Shown: one piece after another, positions 54,262-64,000 of the stretch
Layout: the number at the start of each line of letters is the position of its first letter
Position numbering within the stretch: the stretch's first letter is position 1
NCBI RefSeq assembly: GCF_009914755.1
Contig: NC_060935.1
Reading direction: 5' to 3' (one strand)
Length of the DNA: 64,000 nt
DNA from: the human T2T-CHM13v2.0 reference genome, Homo sapiens
Notes under the pieces: model-generated
The model's database searches: none
Told to the model about the DNA's origin: nothing
Seen by the model: only the letters and a program-made list of their open reading frames with translations
Made by a program: the position numbers and the translations under genes

Positions 54262-57200
54262 TAATAAACAAAATCAAAAATAAAAAAGAAGGTAATATAT
54301 TGGATACCACAGAAATACAAAAGATCATCAGACACTATTGTAAACAACTATATGTTAAAAACCTGGAAAACCTAGAGGAAATGGATAAATTCCTGGTCAC
54401 ATATAGCCTACCAAGATTGAACCAGGAAGAAATAAAAGAAATAAACAGACCAATAATGAGTAACAATATTGAATCAGTAATTAAAAAAACTCCCAGAAAA
54501 GAAAAGCCCAATATTGGATGGCTTTATTGCTGTGTTCTACCAAACTTATAAAGAAGAACTAACACCAATTCTTTTCAAACTATTATAAAAATGTGAAGAG
54601 GAGGAACTTTTTTTCTAACTCATTCTTTGAGGCTAGCATTACTCTGATCTCAAAACCAGACAAGGACACAACAAAAAAGAAGACTACAGGCCAATCTCCC
54701 TGATAAACATAGACACAAAAATTCTCAACAAAATGCTAGCAAACTGAATTCAACAACACATCAAAAAGATAATACACCATGATCAAGTGGATTTATCCTA
54801 GGGATGCAAGGATGATTTAACGTCTGCACATCAATAAATGTGATACATCACATCAACAGAATGAGGGACAAAACCATATGATCATCTCAATAGAAGCAGA
54901 AAAATCATTTGATAAAATTTAACATCACTATAATAAAAATTCTCAACAAGCTAGACATAGAAGGAACATACTTCAACATAATAAAGCCATTTATGACAAA
55001 CCTGCACTTAACATCATACTGAAGAGTGAAAAGCTGAAAGCCTTTTCTCTAAAAACTGGAACAAGACAAGAATGCCCATTTTCACCACTCCTATTCAACA
55101 TGGGGCTGGAAGTTCTAGCCAGAGCAATCAGGCAAGATAAAAAAGTAAAGGGCATCTAAATTGGAAAAGAAAAAGTCAAATGGTAGTCCTTCAACATAAA
55201 TAAGGTTAAAAAAAAGTTGAATTGTCCCTCTTTGTAGATGACATGATCTTATATTTAGAAAAACCTAAAAAAACCTCTTAGAACTAATAAAAAGTTGGAG
55301 GATACAAAATCAACATACAAAAATCAGTAGCTGTTTTTGTACACCAACAACAAACTGAAGGAAAAAGAAATCAAGAAAGCAATTTCATTTGCCACAGTTA
55401 CACAAAAAGAGAAAATACCTATAAATTTAACTAAGGAGGTGAAAGACCTCTACAAGGACAAGTACAAAACACTAACGAAAGAAATTAAAGAAGGCAGAAA
55501 CAAATTAAAAGGCATTCATGCTCATGGATCAGAAGAATTAATATTATTAACATAGTTCTACTACTCAAAGCAATCTATAGATTTAATGCAATCCCTGTTA
55601 AAATACCAATTATGTTTTTCAAAGAAATAGAAAAAAAATCCTACAATTCACATGCAACCAAAAAAGAGCCTGAACAGCCAAAGCAATCCTGAACAAAATA
55701 ATCAAAGCTGGCAGAATTACACTACCTGATTTCAAAATATACTACAAAGCTATACTAACCAAAACAGCACAGTATTGGTATAAAAATAAACATAGACCAA
55801 AGGAACAGAATAGAGAACCCAGAAGTAAACCCACATATTTACAGCCAACTTTTAAACAAAGGTGCCAAGAATATACATTAGGGAAAGGACATCCTTTTCA
55901 ATAAAGGTGCTGATAAAACTGGATATCTTATGCAGAAGAATCAAACTAGATCCCTATCTCTCACCATATACAAAACTATTCAAAATGGATTAAAGACTTC
56001 AATGTAGACCTGAATCTATGAAACTGCAGTAAGAAAACAGAGGGGTGACATTCCAGGACATCAATCCAGGCAAAGATTTTGTGGCTAAGACTTCAAAAGC
56101 ATAGGCAACAAAACAAAGCAAAAAAATAGACAAATGGGACTATTAAACCAAAAGGCTTCTGTGCAAGAGCAACAACAACCACCACCACCACAACATAACA
56201 GAAAACCCCAAAACAATCCACAGAATGAAAATATAACATGGTGAATGGGAGAAAATATTTGCAAACTGTTTATCCAACAAGGAACTAATATCCAGAATGT
56301 GCAAGAAACTTAAACAACTCAACAACCACAAAAACCAAGTAATCTCATTACAAAGTGGGCAAAAGTCATGAATAGACATTACTCAAAAGAAGACATACAA
56401 ATGGCCAACAAGTATGTGAAAAAATGCTCAACATCACTAATCAAAAATGCAAATCAAAGCCACAATGAGATACCATCTTACCTCAGTTATCACTGTCACT
56501 TTTGGTTATGAAAAAGATAAAAAAATGCTGGTGACAATATAAATTAGTACAGCCAATATGAAGCACAGTATGAAGTTTTCTCAAAAAACTAAAAATAGAA
56601 CTACCATACAATTTAGTAATTCTACTACTGGGTATTTACCCAGAGGACAAGAAATTAGTATGTCAAAGGGATACGTGCACCACCATGTTTATTGGAGCAC
56701 TATTCACAATAGCTAAGACATGGAATCAATCTAAATGCCTATCACTGAATGAATGGGTAAAGAAAATTTGACATATACACTCAATGAAGTATAATCAGCC
56801 ATAGAGAATGAAATCCTGTCATTTGCAGCAGCATCGATGAAACTGGAGGTCATTATGTTAAGTGAAATAACCCAGGCACAGAAATACAAAATAGTGCATG
56901 TTTTCTCTTATATGTGGAAGCTAAAAAAGATTATCTTATGGAGGTAAAGAGTAGTATGATGGATACTAAAAGCTGGCAAGGTTGTGTATGTGTGTGGAGA
57001 GGGGATGAGGAGAGGTTGGTTAATGGGTACCAACAGTTAGGTAGTTAGATAGAGGGAATACAATTAGATAGAAAGAATAAATTCTAGTGTTCAGTAGCAA
57101 AGCAGGGTGACTACAGTTAACAGCAATATATTGAATATTTCAAAATAGCTAGAAGAGAAAATTTGAAATGCTCCCAACACAAGGAAATGATAAGCATTTG

Positions 57201-57316
57201 AGGTGATATCATAAATACCCTGATTTAATCATTACACATTCTATGCATATATCAAAATATCACATGTGTTCCACAAATATGTACAAATATTATATACCAA
57301 AAAAAAACTAAAAAAA
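54262..57316 (+). mobile_element. 5'-truncated L1MA (L1MA4-like) ORF2 plus 3' UTR
   Basis: MDTTEIQKIIR...LPRLNQEEI; 3' UTR 'ttcaaaatagctagaagag...atcacatgtgttccacaaatatgtacaa' plus A tail. Confidence 0.9.
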
Positions 57317-57452
57317 TGATCTGGGCTTAGTTGAAGTGTGTGTGTGTATGTGTGCATGTGTGTTTGTATACCTTAAACTACAGTTTTAGTTTAAAAATAT
57401 TTATAGTTCCGCTCTAATGTTTTTCTTTTTGAATTCAGTTTTCTGAGAATTG

Positions 57453-57763
<311 letters not shown>

Positions 57764-57838
57764 TGAGAAGTGATGAATTTTAATTACATGTTCAATTTGG
57801 ATGACATAAAACTGTGCATATTATTCTTATTTTTTAAA

Positions 57839-57993
57839 CAGAGGTATAACTGAGAGGTATTGTAGATTTGGTTCCAAACTATTGCAGTAAAGCAAATATC
57901 ACAATCAAGCAAATCACACAAATTGTGGGGCTTTCCCAGTGCATATAAAAGTTATATATACACTGTACGCAGTCTTTTAAGTGTGCAATAGCA
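57839..57993 (-). mobile_element. Tigger1 (TcMar) terminal fragment
   Basis: Resembles the recalled Tigger1 end CAGGCATACCTCGGAGATATTGCGGGTTCGG...TTCCCAGTGCATATAAAAGTTAT...AAGTGTGCAATAGCA. Confidence 0.75.
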
Positions 57994-57995
57994 CT

Positions 57996-59548
57996 AGGGG
58001 TATATACCCAATAATGGGATTGCTGAGTTGAATGATATTTCTGTTTTAAGTTCTTTGAGAAATCACCAAACTGCTTTCCACAATGGCTGAACAAATTTAC
58101 ATTTCCACTAGCAGTATATTAGCCTTCCCTTTCCTCTGCAACCTTACCAGTATCTGTTATTTTTTGACTTTTTATTGATAGCCATTCTGACTGATGTTAG
58201 ATGGTATCTCATTGTGGTTTTGATTTGTGTTTCTCTAATCAGTGATGTTGAGCTTTTTTTCATATGATTGTTGGCCACATGTATATCTTCTTTTGAAAAG
58301 TGTCTGTTCATGTCCTTTGCCTACTTTTTAATGGGGTTGTTTTTTGCTTGTAAATTTGTTTAAGTTCCCCTTGTTTGTGTGTAGAAATACTACTGAGTTT
58401 TGTACATTAATTTTTGTGGGGAAAAGAAAGATCAGACTGTTACTGTGTCTATGTAGAAAGAAGTAGACATAAGAGACTCCATTTTGTCCTGTAATAAGAA
58501 AAATTCTTCTGCCTTGAGATGCTGTTAATCTGTAACCCTACCCCCAACCCTGTGCTCCCTGAAACATGTGCTGTGTCAACTCAGGGTTAAACGGATTAAG
58601 GGTTGTGCAGGAAGTGCTTTGTTAAACAAATGCTTGAAGGCAGCATGCTTGTTAAGAGTCATCACCACTCCCTAATCTCAAGTACCCAGAGACACAATAC
58701 ACTGCAGAAGGCCGCAGGGACCTCTGCCTAGGAAAGCCAGGTATTGTCCAAGGTTTCTCCCCATGTGATAGTCTGAAATATGGCCTCTTGGGAAGGGAAA
58801 GACCTGACCGTCCCCCAGCCCAACACCTGTAAAGGGTCTGTGCTGAGGAGGATTAGTAAAAGAGGAAGGCCTCTTTGCAGTTGAGATAAGAGGAAGGCAT
58901 CTGTCTCCTGCTCACCCCTGGGCAATGGAATGTCTAGGTGTAAAACCCCATTGTATATTCCATCTACTGAGATAGGAGAAAATCACCTTAGGGCTGGAGG
59001 TGAGACATGCTGGCAGCAATACTGCTCTTCAAGGCATTGAGATGTTTATGTATATGCACATCAAAAGTACAGCACTTTTTTCTTTACCTTGTTTATGATG
59101 CAGAGAAATTTGTTCACATGTTTTCCTGCTGACCTTCTCTCCACTATTACCCTATTGTCCTTCCAGATCCCCCTCTCTGAGAAACACCCGATAATGATCA
59201 ATAAATACTAAGGGAACTCAGAGACTGGTGCAGGTGCCCGTCCTCCATATGCTGAGCACTGGTTTCCCTGGGCCTACTTTTCTTTCTCTGTACTTTGTCT
59301 CTGTATCTCTTTCTTTTCTCAAGTCTCTCGTTCCACCTGACGAGAAACGCCCACAGGTGTGGAGGGGCAGGCCACCCCTTCAATTTTGTATCCTGAAATT
59401 ATGCTGAAGTTATCAGATCAAGGCGCTTTGGGTCAGAGACTGGGGGTTTTTAGGTATAGAATCATGTAGTCTTTCAACAGATAGTTTGACTTCCTCTCTT
59501 CCTACCTGGATGCCTCTTATTGCTTTCTCTTGCCTGACTGCTCTGGCT
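57996..59548 (-). mobile_element. L1PA/PB ORF2 fragment with an internal deletion near 58370, interrupted by LTR5
   Basis: Reverse L1 ORF2 on both sides of the LTR: 'ttttgtacattaatttt' | 'attttgtatcctgaa'. Confidence 0.8.
58415..59382 (+). mobile_element. HERV-K(HML-2) solo LTR (LTR5B-like), 968 bp, TSD ATTTT
   Basis: tgtggggaaaagaaag...ggaggggcaggccaccccttca; AATAAA at 59200-05; atttt at 58410-14 and 59383-87. Confidence 0.95.
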
Positions 59549-59916
59549 TATGGTATTATTTTTAACTTTGTTTGTGTATTTTGGGTTTATCTCTTGTAAA
59601 ACAGACTTTAAAAATTTAAATGGATTTGCAATTATATGAATTGCTGATAATATTTTAAAATTTATTTCTATAATTTCATTTATGCTTTTTGTTGTTCTGC
59701 TTTCTCTATGCTTTATTCCATTGCTTTTGGATTAATTCAGGAGTTTTAAAAAATTATACTTTTTTCATATCTAATGCTTAGTTTTTGGCTGTTAAAACTC
59801 AAACTCTGTGATCCTAGGTATCTGTCTATGACTTCAGGACAACTGCAGCTTTATGGTAGTTTAATCCCTTGGTTCTACTTCATTCTTAGTATTTGCTTAC
59901 ATATCTATATATCTAT

Positions 59917-60369
59917 TGTCAGGCCTCTGAGCCCAAGCCAAGCCATCGCATCCCTTGTGACTTGCACGTATATGCTCAGATGGCCTGAAGTAACTGAAGA
60001 ATCACAAAAGAAGTGAATATGCCCTGCCCCACCTTAACTGATGACATTCCGCCACAAAAGAAGTGTAAACGGCCAGTCCTTACCTTAACTGATGACATTA
60101 CCTTGTGAAAGTCCTTTTCCTGGCTCATCCTGGCCCAAAAAGCACCCCCACTGAGCACCTTGTGACCCCCACTCCTGCCTGCCAGAGAACAAACCCCCTT
60201 TGACTGTAATTTTCCTTTACCTACCCAAATCCTATAAAATGGCCCCACCCTTATCTCCCTTCGCTGACTCTCTTTGCGGACTCAGCCCGCCTGCACCCAG
60301 GTGAAATAAACAGCCATGTTGCTCACACAAAGCCTGTTTGGTGGTCTCTTCACACAGACGCGCATGAAA
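59917..60369 (+). promoter_or_regulatory. HERV-H 5' LTR (LTR7, 7up-like); TATA 60233-39, poly(A) signal 60305-10
   Basis: tgtcaggcctctgagcccaagc...cgcgcatgaaa; two ~50-bp repeats each carrying ACAAAAGA. Confidence 0.95.
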
Positions 60370-60371
60370 TT

Positions 60372-60389
60372 TGGTGCCGTGACTTGGGT
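60372..60389 (+). other. Primer-binding site for tRNA-His
   Basis: tggtgccgtgacttgggt, 16/18 match to TGGTGCCGTGACTCGGAT. Confidence 0.92.
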
Positions 60390-60797
60390 CAGGGGACCTC
60401 CCTTGGGAGATCAATCCCCTGTCCTCCTGTTCTTTGCTCCATGAGAAAGATCCACCTATGACCTCAGGCCCTCAGACCGACCAGCCCAAGGAACGTCTCA
60501 CCAATTTTAAATCAGGTAAGCAGCCTCTTCTTACTCTCTTCTCCAACCTCTCTCACTGTCTCTCAACCACTTTCTCCTTTCCAGTCTTCATTCTCTCCCT
60601 TCTCTTAATTTCAATTCCTTTCATTTTCTGGTAGAGACAAAGGAGACACGTTTTATCCGTGGACCCAAAACTCCGGCGCCAGTCACGGACTGGGAAGGCA
60701 GCCTTCCCTTGGTGTTTAATCATTGCAGGGACGCCTCTCTGATTATACACTCACGTTTCAAAGGTGTCAGACCATGCAGGGATGCCTGCCTTGGTCC

Positions 60798-61375
60798 TTC
60801 ACCCTTAGTGGCAAGTCCCGCTTTTCTGGGGAAGGGGCAAGTACCCCAACCCCTTCTCTTCTTGTCTCTACCCCTTCTCTGCTTTTCTGGGAGAGGGGCA
60901 AGTACCCCTCAACCCTTTCTCCTTCACCCTTAGCGGCAAGTCCCGCTTTTGTGGGAGAGGGGCAAGTACCCCTCAACCCCTTCTCCTTCACCCTTAGCGG
61001 CAAGTCCTGCTTTTCTGGGGAAGGGGCAAGTACCCCTCAACCCCTTCTCCTTCACTCTTAGTGGCAAGTTCCGCTTTTCTAGAGGAGGGGCAAGTACCCC
61101 AACCTCATATCTCTGTGCCCCAATCCCTTATTTCCATGCCCCAACCTATCTCTGTGCCCCAATCCCTTATTTCTGCACCCCAACCTCTTATCTCTGCACC
61201 CCAATCCATTTCCACGCCCCAACCTCTTATCTCTGTGCCCCAATCCCTTACTTCTGTGCCCCAACCTCTTATCTCTGTGCCCCAATCCCTTATTTCCACA
61301 CCCCAACCTCTTATATCTCTGTGCCCCAATCCCTTATTTCCATGCCTGGACCTCTTATCTCTGCGCCCCAACCCC
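60798..61375 (+). repeat. HERV-H leader tandem repeats (~62-bp unit x ~5; ~38-bp unit x ~7)
   Basis: Units 'ttcacccttag(t/c)ggcaagtccc...ggggcaagtaccc' and 'ccccaacctcttatctctgtgccccaatccc'. Confidence 0.85.
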
Positions 61376-64000
61376 TTTTCCCACTTTTCTGGAAGATAAG
61401 AACCCCCGACCCTTCCCTCCGTTTCTCTACTCTCTTTTCTCTAGGCTTGCTTCCTTCACTATGGGCAACCTTCCACCCTCCATTCCTCCTTCTACTCCCT
61501 TGGCCTGTGTTCTTAAAAACTTAAAACCTCTTCAACTCACACCTGACCTAAAACCTAAATGCATTATTTTCTTCTGCAATGCTGCTTGACCCCAATACAA
61601 ACTCGACAGTAGTTCCAAATAGCCAGAAAATGGCACTTTGAATTTTTCCATCCTGGAAAACCTAAATAATTTTTGTTGAAAAATAGGCAAATGGTCTGAG
61701 ATGCCTGACATCCAGGCATTCTTTTACACATCAGTCCCTTCCTAGTCTCTGTGCCCAGTGCACCTCATCCCAAATCTTCTTTCTTTCCCTCCCGCCTGTC
61801 CCCTCAGTACCAACCCCAAGCGTGGCTGAGTCTTTCTAATCTTCTTTTCTACAGACCCATCTGACCTCTCCCCTCCTCCCCAGGCTGCTCCTCGCCAGGC
61901 CAAGCTAGGTCCCAATTCTTCCTCAGCCTCTGCTACTCCACCCTATAATCTTTTTATCACCTGCCCTCCTGACACCTGGTCCGGCTTACAGTTTAGTTCC
62001 GTGACTAGCCCTCCCCCACCTGCCCAGCAATTTACTCTTAAAAAGGTGGCTGGAGCCAAAGGCATAGTCAAAGTTAATGCTCCTTTTTCTTTATCCCAAA
62101 TCAGAAGCGTTTAGGCTCTTTTTCATCAAATATAAAAATCCAGCCCAGTTCATGGCTCGTTTGGCAGCAACCCTGAGATGCTTTACAGCCCTAGACCCTA
62201 AAAGGTCAAAAGGCCGTCTTATTCTCAATATACATTTTATTACCCAATCTGCTCCCGACATTAAATAAAACTCCAAAAATTTGAATCTAGCCCTCAAACC
62301 CCACAACAGGACTTAATTAACCTCACCTTCAAGGTGTACAATAACAGAAAAAAGTTGCAATTCCTTGCCTCCACTGTGAGACAAACCCCAGCCACATCTC
62401 CAGCACACAAGAACTTCCAAATGCCTGAACTGCAGCAGCCAGGTGTTTCTCCAGAACCTCCTCCCCCAGGAGCTTGCTACACGTGCCAGAAATCTGGCCA
62501 CTGGGCCAAGGAATGCCGCAGCCCGGGATTCCTCCTAAGCCGCGTCCCATCTTTGTGGGACCCCACTGAAAATCGGACTGTTCAACTCACCTGGCAGCCA
62601 CTCCCAGAGCCCCTGGAACTCTGGCCCAAGGCTCTCTGACTGACTCCCTCCCAGATCTTCTCGGCTTAGCAGCTGAAGACTGACACTGCCCGATCACCTT
62701 GGAAGCCCCCTAGACCATCATGGATGCCGAGCTTCAGGTAACTCTCACAGTGGAAGGTAAGCCCATCCCCTTCTTAATCAATATGGAGGCTACCCACTCC
62801 ACATTACCTTCTTTTCAAGGGCCTGCTTCCCTTGCCTCCATAACTGTTGTGGATATTGACGGCCAGGCTTCTAAACCTCTTAAAACTCCCCAACTCTGGT
62901 GCCAACTTAGACAATACTCTTTTAAGCACTCCTTTTTAGTTATCCCCACCTGCCCAGTTCCCTTATTAGGCTGAGACACTTTAACTAAATTATCTGCTTC
63001 CCTGACTATTCCTGGACTACAGCTATATCTCATTGCCGCCCTTCTTCCCAATCCAAAGCCTCCTTTGCGTCCTCCTCTTGTATTCCCCCACCTTAACCCA
63101 CAAGTATAAGATACCTCTACTCCCTCCTTGGCGACCGATCATGCACCCCTTACCATCTCAGTAAAACCTAATCACCCTTACCCCACTCAACGCCAATATC
63201 CCATCCCGCAGCACGCTTTAAAAAGATTAAAGCCTGTTATCACTCGCCTGCTACAGCATGGCCTTTTAAAGCCTATAAACTCTCCTTACAATTCCCCCAT
63301 TTTACCTGTCCTAAAACCAGACAAGCCTTACAAGTTAGTTCAGGATCTGTGCCTTATCAACCAAATTGTTTTGCCTATCCACCCCATGGTGCCAAACCCA
63401 TATACTCTCCTATCCTCAATACCTCCCTCTACTACCCATTATTCTGTTCCAGATCTCAAACATGCTTTCTTTACTATTCCTTTGCACCCTTTATCCCAGC
63501 CTCTCTTCGCTTTTGCTTGGACTGACCCTGACACCCATCAAGCTCAGCAAATTACCTAGGCTGTACTACCACAAAGCTTCACAGACAGCTCCCATTACTT
63601 CAATCAAGCCCAAATTTCTTCCTCATCTGTTACCTATATCGGCATAATTCTCATAAAAACACATGCTCTCCTTGCCAATCGTGTCCGACTGATCTCTCAA
63701 ACCCCAGCTCCTTCTACAAAACAACAACTCCTTTCCTTAATAGGCATGGTTAGCGTGGTCAGAATTCTTACACAAGAGCCAGGACCACACTCTGTAGGCT
63801 TTCTGTCCAAACAACTTGACCTTACTGTTTTAGCCTAGCCCTCATGTCTGCGTGCAGCGGCTGCCGCTGCTTTAATACTTTTAGAGGCCCTCAAAATCAC
63901 AAACTATGCTCAACTCACTCTCTACAGTTCTTATAACTTCCAAAATCTATTTTCTTCCTCATACCTGACGCATATACTTTCTGCTCCCCAGCTCCTTCAG

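Larger units (their letters stand above)
60370..64000 (+). mobile_element. HERV-H internal region (leader, gag, pro, pol remnants), running off the window
   Basis: Splice donor cag|gtaagc at 60516; gag ATG at 61461 (MGNLPPSIPPSTPLACVLK..., early stop); zinc knuckle CYTCQKSGHWAKEC; protease remnant at 62720; RT remnant 63128-63559 (SPYNSPILPV, DLKHAFF). Confidence 0.95.

Noticed and set aside
47980-57316. L1MA 5' (-) and L1MA 3' (+) pieces as one twin-primed element
   Set aside because: They are separated by 3.7 kb of unrelated DNA and I found no shared TSD.
60709-61524. Overlapping Pro-rich ORFs up to 191 aa
   Set aside because: They arise from stop-free HERV-H leader tandem repeats.

Overview
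Primate (human-like) genomic DNA, mostly interspersed repeats, with no host exon, RNA gene, prokaryotic operon or CRISPR array that I can support. It holds a near-full-length older L1PA13-16-like element (1-5420), two full-length L1s (L1PA6-like 16639-22815; L1PA3-like 28029-34186), older L1MA/L1M remnants, four Alus plus an Alu remnant, MaLR/ERVL LTRs, L2/MIR pieces, a solo HERV-K(HML-2) LTR5 (58415-59382) and the 5' part of a HERV-H provirus (59917 to window end). A ~6.4 kb AT-rich minisatellite/palindrome block (26545-39120) is split by the L1PA3. All long ORFs are retroelement-derived and broken. I see no new biological system. The best observations are structural: an apparent ~480-bp L1 3' transduction, an L1MA internal deletion sealed by a 30-bp Alu remnant, a perfect 55-bp-arm AT palindrome, a micro-inversion at the edge of the AT block, an L1PA3 retaining the ZNF93-bound segment, and an LTR7up-like LTR. 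Subfamily names come from recalled consensus motifs and need RepeatMasker/Dfam confirmation.
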